Shown here: piece after piece, positions 27,185 through 37,156 of the stretch
Position numbering within the stretch: the stretch's first letter is position 1
How the letters are laid out: every line of letters begins with the position of its first letter
Source of the DNA: a bacterium
GTDB lineage: Bacteria > Krumholzibacteriota > Krumholzibacteriia > G020349025
Reading direction: 5' to 3'
Assembly (NCBI GenBank): GCA_031362565.1
Contig: JANLSU010000062.1
Coordinates: 1-64,000 of the forward strand
DNA length: 64,000 nt
Made by a program: the position numbers and the translations under genes
The notes under the pieces: model-generated
What the model was told of the DNA's origin: nothing
The model's database searches: none
What the model saw: the letters and a program-made list of their open reading frames with translations, nothing else

Positions 27185-27823
27185 ATGAAGATTGGGATTC
27201 TGGGTTCCGGCACGGTGGCGCAGACACTCGCCGCTGGTTTCATGAAGCATGATCACGAGGTGATGTTGGGAACGCGCGATGCGGCCAAACTGACGGCTTG
27301 GAAAGCGCAGAATGCGGTCAGCCAGGTCGGGAGCTTCGCCGAAGCGGCGCAGTTCGGCGCCGCGGTGGTGCTCGCGGTCAAAGGCACCGTTGCACTCGAG
27401 GCGCTGCGCGCTGCCGGCAAGGCGAATCTCGCCGGCAAGACCGTCATCGACGCCACCAATCCGATCGCCGAAGCGCCGCCCACGAACGGCGTTCTGAAGT
27501 TCTTCACCAATCTCGACGAATCGCTCATGGAGCGCTTGCAGCGCGACTTCGCCGATGTGCACTTCGTGAAAGCGTTCAACTCGGTCGGCAACGGCCGCAT
27601 GGTGAACCCACAGTTCCAGGGCGGCAAGCCCACCATGTTCATCTGCGGCAACGACGACACCGCGAAGCAAACCGTAACCCGCATCCTGGATCAATTCGGC
27701 TGGGAGACGGCCGACATGGGCAAGGCCGAGGCGGCGCGCGCCATCGAACCGCTCTGCATGTTGTGGTGCATTCCAGGTCTCTTGCGGCAAGAGTGGAGTC
27801 ACGCGTTCAAGTTGCTGCGTTGA
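27185..27823 (+). CDS. NADP-dependent oxidoreductase (F420_oxidored family)
   Basis: MKIGILGSGTV, IDATNP, VKAFNS, DMG...AARAIEP. Confidence 0.88.
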   Translation: MKIGILGSGTVAQTLAAGFMKHDHEVMLGTRDAAKLTAWKAQNAVSQVGSFAEAAQFGAAVVLAVKGTVALEALRAAGKANLAGKTVIDATNPIAEAPPTNGVLKFFTNLDESLMERLQRDFADVHFVKAFNSVGNGRMVNPQFQGGKPTMFICGNDDTAKQTVTRILDQFGWETADMGKAEAARAIEPLCMLWCIPGLLRQEWSHAFKLLR

Positions 27824-27837
27824 AGCGACCAGCGTCG

Positions 27838-30129
27838 ATGCGGGCTCGGCACTGTCTGCACGGAATGTTCGAACGGCCGGTTGCCGGCCGGCTCGTGGCG
27901 CTGTGTGTGGCGTGGGTGGGATTGCCGTGTGGCGCCCAAGCAGCGTCGATCTCCGGCCTCGTGCGTGATGCCGAGCGCGGCAATCCGCTGCCATTTGCTT
28001 CCATTGTGCTGCATCGCAACGCGGCGCCCGACTCGCTCGCCTACGAAGGCGGCAAGATGGGCGGGCGCGACGGCCGCTACCGTTTCGACGGTATTCCGGC
28101 CGGGGCCTACGAAATACGTGTCGCCTATGTCGCCTACCGGGCGCGCGTCGACACCGTGCAGGTCGGCGAGGGTGCGGATGCCGTTCACGACATCGCCTTG
28201 ACGCCCGCTCCGATCGGCGTCGAGAAAATCGTCGTCGATGCCGACCGGCTTGGCCGCGAAAAGAGCGCTCAAACCAGCGTCGTCAATCTGGACATGAAAC
28301 GTCTTGCCGCCGTGCCGTCGATCGGCGAGGCCGATCCGATTCGCGCCCTGCAGTTGCTGCCTGGCGTTCAGGCAGCGTCGGATGTTTCGAGCGGGCTCTA
28401 TATTCGCGGTGGCGGTCCGGATCAGACGCTCGTTCTGCTCGACGACATCACGATGTACAACCCCACCCACGCATTCGGATTCTTTTCGACCTTCAACCCG
28501 GATGTCGTCGACCGGGTGACGTTGTACAAGGGCGCCTATCCCGCCGACCAAGGGGGAAGACTGGGCGCGGTCGTCGACATCAAGACGCGCACCCCAGCCG
28601 CCTCGAAGGTGCAAGGCGCGGGATCGATCAGCACGATCGCGTCGCGGCTGACGCTCGACGGTCCGATCGGTCGCGACCATTGGCTGTTGAGCGGCCGGCG
28701 CAGCTATCTCGAGCCCATTCTGTCGGGCCTGCGCCGAAGCACCCCGGAAGTGCCGTTCTACAATTTCTATGACTTCAACGCCAAGTATGCGATGCGCCGC
28801 GACAACAATTGGGTGGATACCGAAATCTACAAAGGCCGTGACAATCTGCGTATCGAGCCGGACCGCGACACACGCCTGACGATTCGCTGGGGGAATACCG
28901 CCGGCGCGGTGGTGTTCAGCCGGGTGCTCTCCAAGGACGCGCTGCTGAAGAGCACGATTTCCGGCAGCGAGTACGAAAGCCTGACCGACGCCAACCTGTT
29001 CAACACCGCCTTCAACGTCACGAACAGCTTGCGCGATCTCACGGCGCGCACCGAGTTGCATCTGGAGCGTGCCACCCACGCTCTGGGCGTCGGCGGCCAG
29101 GTGTCGTTGTACGATTTCAAGTTCAGCCAGTCGTTCAATCGCGACAAGCCGGTGGGTTTTCGGAGCCAGCCGGCGGAAATCGCCGCCTATGTCGACGACC
29201 AGTGGACGCCGCAGGCGGTGACGACCATCCGCACCGGATTGCGAACGCGGTACATCAGCGACGGCAAGCGGCTCCTGCTCGAGCCACGATTGTCGGTGAG
29301 CCGGGCGCTCGGCGACAAGCTGCGCTTGAAATTCGGCAGCGGCGTGTACAACCAATACCTCCAGCTCGTGACGACCGAGGGCTTTTCAGCCGGCGATCTG
29401 TACGTCCCCATCGACGCTTCGACCCAGCCGGGGCGGTCTTTGCAAGCCGTCTTTGGCGCCGAATACGAGACGTCGCCCCGATATCGGTTCTCCGCCGAGA
29501 CGTATTACACGCGCCTCACGCACCTCGTCGAGTTCACGACCAAGACGGTCGCCGATCGTGATAATTTCACGGCGCGCGACTTGTTCGACACCGGCGGCAC
29601 GGGCTACGCGACCGGATTGGAGCTTTTTGCCGAGCGCCGTGCCGGTCGCGTGACGGGCTGGCTCGGGTACGCTCTCGGTTGGTCGCGGCGCCGGTTCGAT
29701 GCCTTGAATGGCGGCAAGACGTACCCGCCCAAGTACGATCGCCGCCACGACCTGAAAGCAGTTCTTGCCTATCAGCGATCGCCCTGGTCGTACAGTGCCT
29801 CGTTCCTGTTCGCGACCGGGCAAGCTTTCACACCCGCCTCGGCACGCTATCAAGTCGATGACCCGGCGCTCGGCGATCTGACACCGGGTTCGCGCGTCTT
29901 GGCGGGCGATCGCAACAGCTCCAGGCTCCTGCCGTACCACCGGATGGACTTCAGTGTGACGCGCGACTTCGCGCTCTGGGGGCGTTCGGGGCAGTGGTTC
30001 GTGCAATTCTTCAATCTTTATTCGCGCCGCAACGAATGGTTCGTGCAGTTCGACGACCAGGAGCCGAAGGTGGATGTCGTGCGGATGTTGCCGATCATTC
30101 CGAGCTTTGGCGCCAGTTTCAAATTCTGA
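27838..30129 (+). CDS. TonB-dependent receptor with carboxypeptidase-regulatory-like N-domain
   Basis: GEAD.IRALQLLPGV, YIRGGGPDQ plug motifs; NLYSRRN; terminal FKF. Confidence 0.92.
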   Translation: MRARHCLHGMFERPVAGRLVALCVAWVGLPCGAQAASISGLVRDAERGNPLPFASIVLHRNAAPDSLAYEGGKMGGRDGRYRFDGIPAGAYEIRVAYVAYRARVDTVQVGEGADAVHDIALTPAPIGVEKIVVDADRLGREKSAQTSVVNLDMKRLAAVPSIGEADPIRALQLLPGVQAASDVSSGLYIRGGGPDQTLVLLDDITMYNPTHAFGFFSTFNPDVVDRVTLYKGAYPADQGGRLGAVVDIKTRTPAASKVQGAGSISTIASRLTLDGPIGRDHWLLSGRRSYLEPILSGLRRSTPEVPFYNFYDFNAKYAMRRDNNWVDTEIYKGRDNLRIEPDRDTRLTIRWGNTAGAVVFSRVLSKDALLKSTISGSEYESLTDANLFNTAFNVTNSLRDLTARTELHLERATHALGVGGQVSLYDFKFSQSFNRDKPVGFRSQPAEIAAYVDDQWTPQAVTTIRTGLRTRYISDGKRLLLEPRLSVSRALGDKLRLKFGSGVYNQYLQLVTTEGFSAGDLYVPIDASTQPGRSLQAVFGAEYETSPRYRFSAETYYTRLTHLVEFTTKTVADRDNFTARDLFDTGGTGYATGLELFAERRAGRVTGWLGYALGWSRRRFDALNGGKTYPPKYDRRHDLKAVLAYQRSPWSYSASFLFATGQAFTPASARYQVDDPALGDLTPGSRVLAGDRNSSRLLPYHRMDFSVTRDFALWGRSGQWFVQFFNLYSRRNEWFVQFDDQEPKVDVVRMLPIIPSFGASFKF

Positions 30130-30142
30130 CGGGGACGGTGCG

Positions 30143-31108
30143 ATGAGAAACAGGAATGCTAACCAGGGTCGAATGCAGCGGCGCAGAATTCAAGCCGGGC
30201 TCGCGACCGCTTTCGTGTTGAGCCTGGGCTGCGCCACGAAACACGATCCGAACGACTTCTTCGCGCCCGGCGATGTGGGAACCCTGGTAGTCAACGCTTT
30301 GTTGCAGGTCGGCCGCAGTCTGCCGCCAGTGATCGTGAGCCGTGCCGTGTCACCGGGCGTCGAATACTCACCGCTTGCCGCCGCCGAGCTTCAAGCGACG
30401 GTGCGGGTGCGAGAACTGCTGCGCGACATCACCGTGACCTACGTGGAAACGACACCGCCCGGAACCTACGTCGCTTCGGCACCGGTCCAGGTGCTGCCTT
30501 CGACCACCTATGAGCTCGAGGTCGTCACCGCGGCCGGTGAGACGCTGCGCAGCCAAACGACGACGCCCTCCCGCCTGTTGGTCGATCGCTGGGTTCTCTT
30601 GGACGCGCAAGGCCAAACCGTGCAGCGCGAGTTAGAGACCTTCGCGACAGCCGGTGACAGCGTGTACCAGGCCAACCGCCTCGTGTACGCCGACGGCCTT
30701 CTCGAAGCGCGCTTCAGGCGCCCGGACGTCGAAGCGTTTCAACTCGGGCTCTTCAGCATCGACCCCGGATCGGACTTCGTGATTCGGCCCGAATTCTTCA
30801 GTGACGAAGATCTCGCCAACCTCGACCGCCAAACCTCTTCGCCGCCAATCGAGGGCCGTGACGGCACTCTGCGCATTCCATGGTTTGCGTTCTTTTTCCA
30901 GGGCCGCCACCAGCTCAATGTCCTGGCGCTCGACCACAACGCCTTCGACTTCCTGCGCTCGGTGCCACAAGACAATGGCGGCATCGCCTTCGGTGGCACC
31001 TCCGGCAGCGCTTTCGACCGTCCGATCTTCCACGTCGAAGGCGGCATTGGTCTCTTCGGTTCGGCGAGCATCGATTCGGTGGGAATTTTCGTCCTGCCCC
31101 GGCCCTGA
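30143..31108 (+). CDS. DUF4249-like lipoprotein
   Basis: Lipobox SLGC; C-terminal HVEGGIGLFGS; directly follows the TonB receptor. Confidence 0.75.
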   Translation: MRNRNANQGRMQRRRIQAGLATAFVLSLGCATKHDPNDFFAPGDVGTLVVNALLQVGRSLPPVIVSRAVSPGVEYSPLAAAELQATVRVRELLRDITVTYVETTPPGTYVASAPVQVLPSTTYELEVVTAAGETLRSQTTTPSRLLVDRWVLLDAQGQTVQRELETFATAGDSVYQANRLVYADGLLEARFRRPDVEAFQLGLFSIDPGSDFVIRPEFFSDEDLANLDRQTSSPPIEGRDGTLRIPWFAFFFQGRHQLNVLALDHNAFDFLRSVPQDNGGIAFGGTSGSAFDRPIFHVEGGIGLFGSASIDSVGIFVLPRP

Positions 31109-31154
31109 GGTGCCCGCGCTACAATGGAAGGCGACTCCAGCAGGAGGCACAGCC

Positions 31155-32984
31155 ATGCGAGACGATAGACGGGCCGCGTTGAACCGGCGGCGGCACGGCC
31201 CGACGAATGCGATTGCCACGCTCCGAATCCTTGCGCCGGCCATGGTGGCCATGGTCCTGGCGGCTTCGTCGCGTGTGTGCGGTGCGGCGGCCGCAGCTTC
31301 GCCGGTGCATCTGCGCACCAGCGGTCTGACACCTCTCGAAGACCTCGGAACCGGGACCTACCTTGGATTCGAAGGCGGCCTCTACGCCGGCGGCGCCAAC
31401 GTGCCGCCCGCGCAGCATCTCGCGGCGGCGCTGCAAAAGGCCGGACAAGTCGTGCCGCGCAACGCCGCCGGCGCGCCGGATCCAAATGGATGGATCGTCA
31501 TGGTCGCGATCGGCATGTCGAACACGACGCACGAATTCGGGGCATTCGAGCGCCTCGAGGACGCCGATACCGGGCGCAACGCGCACGTCATTCTCATGGA
31601 CACGGCTCTTGGCGGCCAGACCGCCGCAACGATCGCCAATCCGGCCGCCGGGTACTGGACGGTCCTGCAGCAGCGATTGACGGCGATGGGGCTCACGGCG
31701 GCGCAGGTGCAAGTCGCCTGGCTCAAGGAAGCCGACGCGCAACCAGCCAACAACTTCCCGGTGCACGCGCAGACGCTGCGCGACGAGTTGCGCACCATCG
31801 CCGGCAATCTGCACGACAAATTTGCAAACCTGCAGTTGTGCTATCTCTCGAGCCGCATCTATGGCGGCTACGCGGCACAGGGTTCACTCAATCCCGAACC
31901 GCAGGCGTACGAATCCGGCTTCGCCGCGAAGTGGCTCATTCAGAATCAGATCGATGGCGACGTCAATCTGAACTACGGCCAGTTGCCCGGCGCCGTGCGC
32001 GCGCCGCTCTTGCTGTGGGGACCGTACCTGTGGGCGGATGGGACGAACCCGCGATCCGACGGCCTCGTCTGGCTGCAAACGGATCTCGAAGGCGACGCGA
32101 CGCACCCGAGCCCCTCCGGTGAGCAAAAGGTTGCCGGTCTACTGACGGCTTTCTTCGCCGCCGACCCGACCGCTGCCGCATGGTGGCCGGCACAGCCTGG
32201 AACGGCGCTCGTGACGCTCGATGCGTTGCACGACACCTATGTGAGTGCCGCGGCTTCGTCCACGAACTTTGGCGCCGCGCTCGCATTGCTCGAACAAGGC
32301 GGCGCGGCGCCGATCCGCACCTATCTGCGCTTCGATCTCGGTGGCATCACGGCGCCGGTGCTTTTGGCAAAACTCAGCCTGCGGGTCACCACCACCGATG
32401 TCGGCGGCGGCACGGTGGCACTCGTGAGCGACACGCAGTGGACTGAAAACGCCGTGACCTGGAATACCGCACCGGCGCTCGGATTGCCGCTCGTTCAGAT
32501 GCCGCAATCGTCGCGCGACGGAACGATTGCCGCCAATGTCACACCGACCGTGCAGAACGACCCCGACCGACAAGTGGCGTTCGCACTCACGACCCCAGCG
32601 GCCGGCCTGGGCGGCTATCACAGCAAGGAAGATGGGCAGCCACCGCGGTTGGTCCTCGTGGTCGAGTCTGCACCCACGGATGCCGCCGTGCCGACGGCCG
32701 GTGCGATGACGTTGGAACTCCAGCGGGGCCTTCCGAACCCCTTCAACCCGGCGACATCACTCGTCTACACGCTGCCGACCGGCGGCCGTGCGTTGCTCAC
32801 CGTGCATGACGTCCAGGGCCACCGCATTGCGACGCTGGTGAATGCGCTGCAGAATCCGGGGTCGCATCGGGCCGCCTGGGACGGCCGTGGCACGGACGGC
32901 GCAATGCTCGCTTCCGGCGTTTACCTCGTGCGGCTCGCCTTCAATGGCAACACGCGCACCAAGAAGATCGTGCTGGCCCGGTAG
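31155..32984 (+). CDS. Secreted SGNH-like hydrolase + DNRLRE/CBM96-like domain + FlgD-Ig C-terminal domain
   Basis: AGGAGG RBS; IGMSNT and DATHPS; DTYV...YLRFDL...WTENAVTWNTAP...SKE...P.L; PNPFNP...WDG...SGVY. Confidence 0.75.
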   Translation: MRDDRRAALNRRRHGPTNAIATLRILAPAMVAMVLAASSRVCGAAAAASPVHLRTSGLTPLEDLGTGTYLGFEGGLYAGGANVPPAQHLAAALQKAGQVVPRNAAGAPDPNGWIVMVAIGMSNTTHEFGAFERLEDADTGRNAHVILMDTALGGQTAATIANPAAGYWTVLQQRLTAMGLTAAQVQVAWLKEADAQPANNFPVHAQTLRDELRTIAGNLHDKFANLQLCYLSSRIYGGYAAQGSLNPEPQAYESGFAAKWLIQNQIDGDVNLNYGQLPGAVRAPLLLWGPYLWADGTNPRSDGLVWLQTDLEGDATHPSPSGEQKVAGLLTAFFAADPTAAAWWPAQPGTALVTLDALHDTYVSAAASSTNFGAALALLEQGGAAPIRTYLRFDLGGITAPVLLAKLSLRVTTTDVGGGTVALVSDTQWTENAVTWNTAPALGLPLVQMPQSSRDGTIAANVTPTVQNDPDRQVAFALTTPAAGLGGYHSKEDGQPPRLVLVVESAPTDAAVPTAGAMTLELQRGLPNPFNPATSLVYTLPTGGRALLTVHDVQGHRIATLVNALQNPGSHRAAWDGRGTDGAMLASGVYLVRLAFNGNTRTKKIVLAR

Positions 32985-33062
32985 CCACATGGGCCCCCGC
33001 CTTGCAAAACCCGCCGCCGCATGGGTAAGGTGGTTCGCGTTTCGATCCAGAATGGAGAGTGA

Positions 33063-33866
33063 ATGGCCACGTCGTTGTCGAGCGTGAAGCCGATGCCAGC
33101 CGGCCGCACCGCGCGCCAGGGCGCCTGGTGGGCGCAATCCGCCGCGACGTTCGCCGGCCTCACGACGTTCGCCATCTACGCGACTTGGGCGGCGTTCCAG
33201 GGCAAGCACTATCACTTCGGCCCGTATCTTTCGCCGTTCTATTCGCCGGAGATTTTCGGGGATTCGCCGCACGCCCTGCTCGGCCCCAAGCCAGGCTGGT
33301 GGCCCACCTGGATGCCATTCTCGCCGGCGCTCTTGATTCTCTGGGCGCCGGGCGGCTTTCGATTCACGTGCTACTACTATCGTGGCGCGTACTACAAAGC
33401 GTTCGTCCAGCATCCGGCGGCATGCGCGGTGCGGGAAGTGCACCGCAAGTATCGCGGCGAAACAGCCTTCCCGCTCGTCCTCCAGAATTTGCACCGGTAT
33501 TTTCTGTACGTGGCATTGCCGTTCATCGTCATCCTGGCGATCGACGTATGGAAGGCGCTGTGGTTCGAAGATCCGGCAACCGGCGCCAAGCACTTCGGCC
33601 TCGGACTCGGCACGCTGATCCTCGCCGCCAATGTCGTGCTTCTGAGCTGCTATGTTTTCAGCTGCCATTCGTTGCGGCATCTGGTGGGCGGCCGGCTCGA
33701 CCGGCTGGCGCGCATGCCGGTCCGCAAGCGCGCCTACGACTGCGTCAGTTGTCTCAACACGAATCACATGAAATTCGCGTGGCTCAGCTTGTTCTCGGTC
33801 GGCTTCTCGGACTTGTACGTCCGTCTTTGTTCCATGGGGATCTGGTCGGACTGGAGAATCCTGTGA
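33063..33866 (+). CDS. Succinate dehydrogenase membrane anchor, mycobacterial Sdh1 (Rv0249c)-like
   Basis: YLSPFYSP, FRFTCYYYRGAYY, QNLHRYF, SCHSLRH, HM.FAW; precedes the flavoprotein. Confidence 0.85.
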   Translation: MATSLSSVKPMPAGRTARQGAWWAQSAATFAGLTTFAIYATWAAFQGKHYHFGPYLSPFYSPEIFGDSPHALLGPKPGWWPTWMPFSPALLILWAPGGFRFTCYYYRGAYYKAFVQHPAACAVREVHRKYRGETAFPLVLQNLHRYFLYVALPFIVILAIDVWKALWFEDPATGAKHFGLGLGTLILAANVVLLSCYVFSCHSLRHLVGGRLDRLARMPVRKRAYDCVSCLNTNHMKFAWLSLFSVGFSDLYVRLCSMGIWSDWRIL

Positions 33867-35683
33867 GCGACCGCTTCGAGACGCACGAGTACGACGTGTT
33901 GGTCGTAGGAGCCGGCGGCGCGGGGCTACGGGCCGCGATCGAAGCCGCATCCGGCAAAGCCCGCGTCGGGTTGGTGTGCAAGTCACTCCTCGGCAAAGCC
34001 CACACGGTAATGGCGGAGGGCGGCATTGCCGCGGCGCTTTCGAATGTCGATTCGCGCGACAACTGGCGGGTGCATTTCGCCGATACCATGCGCGGCGGAC
34101 AGTATATGAACAACGCGCGTATGGCCGAGCTGCATGCCCAAGAAGCGCCCGACCGGGTGCGTGAACTCGAAGCGTGGGGTGCACTCTTCGACCGCACCCC
34201 GGACGGCCAGATCCTGCAACGCAACTTCGGCGGCCACCGCTATCCGCGCTTGGCGCACGTTGGCGATCGCACCGGCCTCGAGATGATCCGCACCCTCCAG
34301 GATCACGCCATTCACTGCGGGATGGAAGTGCACATGGAGCACACCGTCCTGGCGCTCTTGACCGACAGCGGGCGCATCGCGGGCGCGCTGGCCTACGAGC
34401 GCGAGCGCGGGCGGTTCAAGGTGTACCGCGCCGGCGCGGTGGTGCTGGCGACGGGCGGCATCGGGCGCGCGTATTCCGTGACCAGCAATAGTTGGGAATA
34501 CACCGGCGACGGCCAGTCGCTCGCCTACCGCGTCGGTGCCGAACTCATGGATATGGAGTTCGTGCAGTTTCATCCCACCGGAATGGTCTGGCCGCCGAGT
34601 GTGCGCGGCATTCTCGTGACCGAAGGCGTGCGCGGCGAAGGCGGCATCCTACGCAACAAGGATGGCCGGCGCTTCATGTTCGACGACATCCCCGAGGCGT
34701 ACAAAACGCAAACGGCGGACACGGAAGAGGAAGGCTGGCGCTACACGCAGGGCGACAAGAATGCCCGGCGTCCGCCGGAGCTTCTGACCCGCGATCATGT
34801 CGCGCGCTGCATCGTGCGCGAGGTGCGCGAAGGCCGCGGCAGCCCGCATGGCGGCGTATTCCTCGACATTGCGTGGATCAAGGAACGGCTGCCGAAGGCC
34901 GCCGAACACATTCGCCGCAAACTGCCGAGCATGTACCACCAGTTCAAGGAACTGGCCGACATCGACATCACCAAGGAACCGATGGAAGTTGGTCCGACGA
35001 CTCACTACACGATGGGCGGCGTGCGCGTCGACGCGGAGACACAAATGTCGAATGTGCCCGGGCTCTTCGCGGCGGGTGAATGCGCCGCCGGACTGCACGG
35101 CGCCAACCGTCTGGGTGGGAATTCGCTGTCGGATCTGCTCGTCTTCGGCAAGCGCGCCGGCGAATTCGCGGCGCAGTTCGCCGGCAAGAACGGCCGCGCG
35201 ACGGTCGATGAACGCCAAGTCGATGCGGCGATGCAGAACGCGCTCGGCTTCTTTGAACGCACCGGCAAGCAAGCGGCGGAGGCCTATCAGATTCAAGCCG
35301 ATCTGCAGTCCATGATGCAGGACTTGGTCGGCATCGTGCGAGTGGAGGCCGAGATGGCGCGGGCGCTCGACGGGCTGGGCGCATTGCGGGCCCGGGCGGA
35401 ACAGGTTTCGGTCGTGGGCAACCGGGAGTACAACCCCGGCTGGCACACGGCAATTGATCTCGACAACATGCTCAATGTTTCGGAAGCCATCACGCGTGCG
35501 GCGATCGAACGGCGCGAGAGCCGCGGGGCGCAGTTCCGCGCCGACTTCACGGAGAAGAGCGCCGAGATGGGTTCCTTCAACATTGTTGTCAAGAAGGATG
35601 GCAGTGGCGGCATGAACCTCCGGCGCGAGCCGGTACGGCCGCTGCCGGCGGAACTCGCCCAAATCGTCGAGGAGATGCGATGA
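33863..35683 (+). CDS. sdhA: Succinate dehydrogenase/fumarate reductase flavoprotein subunit
   Basis: VGAGGAGLRAA, AHTVMAEGG (FAD-binding His), QFHPTG, HYTMGG, HGANRLGGNSL; GTG start overlaps the upstream stop. Confidence 0.95.
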   Translation: MSDRFETHEYDVLVVGAGGAGLRAAIEAASGKARVGLVCKSLLGKAHTVMAEGGIAAALSNVDSRDNWRVHFADTMRGGQYMNNARMAELHAQEAPDRVRELEAWGALFDRTPDGQILQRNFGGHRYPRLAHVGDRTGLEMIRTLQDHAIHCGMEVHMEHTVLALLTDSGRIAGALAYERERGRFKVYRAGAVVLATGGIGRAYSVTSNSWEYTGDGQSLAYRVGAELMDMEFVQFHPTGMVWPPSVRGILVTEGVRGEGGILRNKDGRRFMFDDIPEAYKTQTADTEEEGWRYTQGDKNARRPPELLTRDHVARCIVREVREGRGSPHGGVFLDIAWIKERLPKAAEHIRRKLPSMYHQFKELADIDITKEPMEVGPTTHYTMGGVRVDAETQMSNVPGLFAAGECAAGLHGANRLGGNSLSDLLVFGKRAGEFAAQFAGKNGRATVDERQVDAAMQNALGFFERTGKQAAEAYQIQADLQSMMQDLVGIVRVEAEMARALDGLGALRARAEQVSVVGNREYNPGWHTAIDLDNMLNVSEAITRAAIERRESRGAQFRADFTEKSAEMGSFNIVVKKDGSGGMNLRREPVRPLPAELAQIVEEMR

Positions 35684-36426
35684 GCACGGCCACCTTCAGC
35701 GTCTGGCGTGGCGATGCAGCGGGCGGTGCGTTCCGCGACTATACGACCGAGGTGTCGGAAGGCATGGTGGTCCTGGACGCGATGCATCGCATCCAAGCCG
35801 ACCAAGCCAACGACCTCGCCCTGCGATGGAACTGCAAAGCGGGCAAGTGCGGTTCCTGCTCGGCGGAAGTAAACGGCGTGCCGCGTCTCATGTGCATGAC
35901 GCGCCTGAACGACCTCGAGCTCGACCGGCCGGTGGTCGTCGAACCGATGCGGGCGTTTCCGTCCATTCGCGACTTGGTCACCGACGTGTCGTGGAACTAT
36001 CGGGTCAAGATGTCGATCCGCAAGTTTGCCCCGCGCCCTCCGGATGCCGCCGACGGCACGTGGCGCATGGCCCAAGCCGACGCGGACCGCGTGCAGGAGT
36101 TTCGCAAGTGCATCGAGTGCTTCCTTTGTCAGGACGTCTGTCACGTGGTGCGTGACCACCAACTGCAGGACAAGTTCATCGGCCCACGTTTTCTCGTCTA
36201 CGCCGCGGCGCTCGAAATGCACCCGCTGGACAACGAGAACCGTACCGGCGACCTACGGACCCAGCACGGCATCGGCTATTGCAATATCACCAAGTGCTGT
36301 ACGACCGTTTGTCCCGAGAACATTCATATCACGGACAACGCCATCATTCCGCTCAAGGAACGCGTCGCCGATGAAGCGTACGACCCTCTGAAGAAGGTGT
36401 GGCGCATTCTGACGCGCAGCCAGTAA
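35680..36426 (+). CDS. sdhB: Succinate dehydrogenase/fumarate reductase Fe-S subunit
   Basis: CKAGKCGSC, CIECFLCQDVC, CNITKCCTTVCP. Confidence 0.95.
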   Translation: MSTATFSVWRGDAAGGAFRDYTTEVSEGMVVLDAMHRIQADQANDLALRWNCKAGKCGSCSAEVNGVPRLMCMTRLNDLELDRPVVVEPMRAFPSIRDLVTDVSWNYRVKMSIRKFAPRPPDAADGTWRMAQADADRVQEFRKCIECFLCQDVCHVVRDHQLQDKFIGPRFLVYAAALEMHPLDNENRTGDLRTQHGIGYCNITKCCTTVCPENIHITDNAIIPLKERVADEAYDPLKKVWRILTRSQ

Positions 36427-36457
36427 TCTTGGAGCCGGCGGGCCAAAAGGGGCACCC

Positions 36458-36955
36458 GTGTTCGAGCTGAAGCCGTTGTCGAAAGGCGCCGTTCCCGCGG
36501 CGCTCGAAAAAGCCGAACGCTACCGGCTTTTGAACGAAGCTGCCGAGGCAGAGAGCATCTGCCGCGATGTGCTGCGAGTCGAATCCGAATCCCAACCCGC
36601 GCTCATCTTGCTCTTGCTGGCTCTCACCGATCAATTCGGACGCGGCCTGCCGCATGTCACCGCCCAAGCCCTGGCGCTGGTTCCGCAGTTGAAGAGCGAG
36701 TACGACCGCGCCTACTATGCGGGCATCATTTGCGAACGCCGCGCCAAAGCCCAGCTCCGCCATGGCGGTCCCGGGACGAGCGCCTACGCGTATCACGAAC
36801 TACGCGAAGCGATGCAAGCCTTTGAGCGCGCCGAAGCCATTCGTCCGCCCGGCCACGACGACGCAATTCTGCGCTGGAACACCTGTGCCCGGCTCATCCT
36901 CGACCGGCATCTCGAGCCGGCTTTCGATGACGGTTCTGAGCCGACGCTCGAATAG
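36458..36955 (+). CDS. Helical/TPR-like hypothetical protein downstream of sdh
   Basis: ALEKAERYRLLNE...AESIC, YYAGIICERRAKA, DDAILRWNTC; genome-typical codon usage. Confidence 0.8.
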   Translation: MFELKPLSKGAVPAALEKAERYRLLNEAAEAESICRDVLRVESESQPALILLLLALTDQFGRGLPHVTAQALALVPQLKSEYDRAYYAGIICERRAKAQLRHGGPGTSAYAYHELREAMQAFERAEAIRPPGHDDAILRWNTCARLILDRHLEPAFDDGSEPTLE

Positions 36956-37095
36956 CGCCGCCGATTGCGGGATCCACAGCCGACCTGAGACGTCCGGATC
37001 CACTGTGTCCTTTGGATGCAGGTTCGGCGCCGGCACAACTTCGGCATTGCAGCAGTAGTTGCAACGACGCGAACGACTTGCGCTCGCCTGGACGG

Positions 37096-37111
37096 TGGCA
37101 TGGCCGCTGCA
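37096..37111 (+). promoter_or_regulatory. sigma54-type promoter upstream of qNor
   Basis: TGGCATGGCCGCTGCA (GG-N10-GC). Confidence 0.65.
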
Positions 37112-37156
37112 ATGGCGACGCAGGCGTAGATTCTTCGGGACCAAAGGAGACCGACC

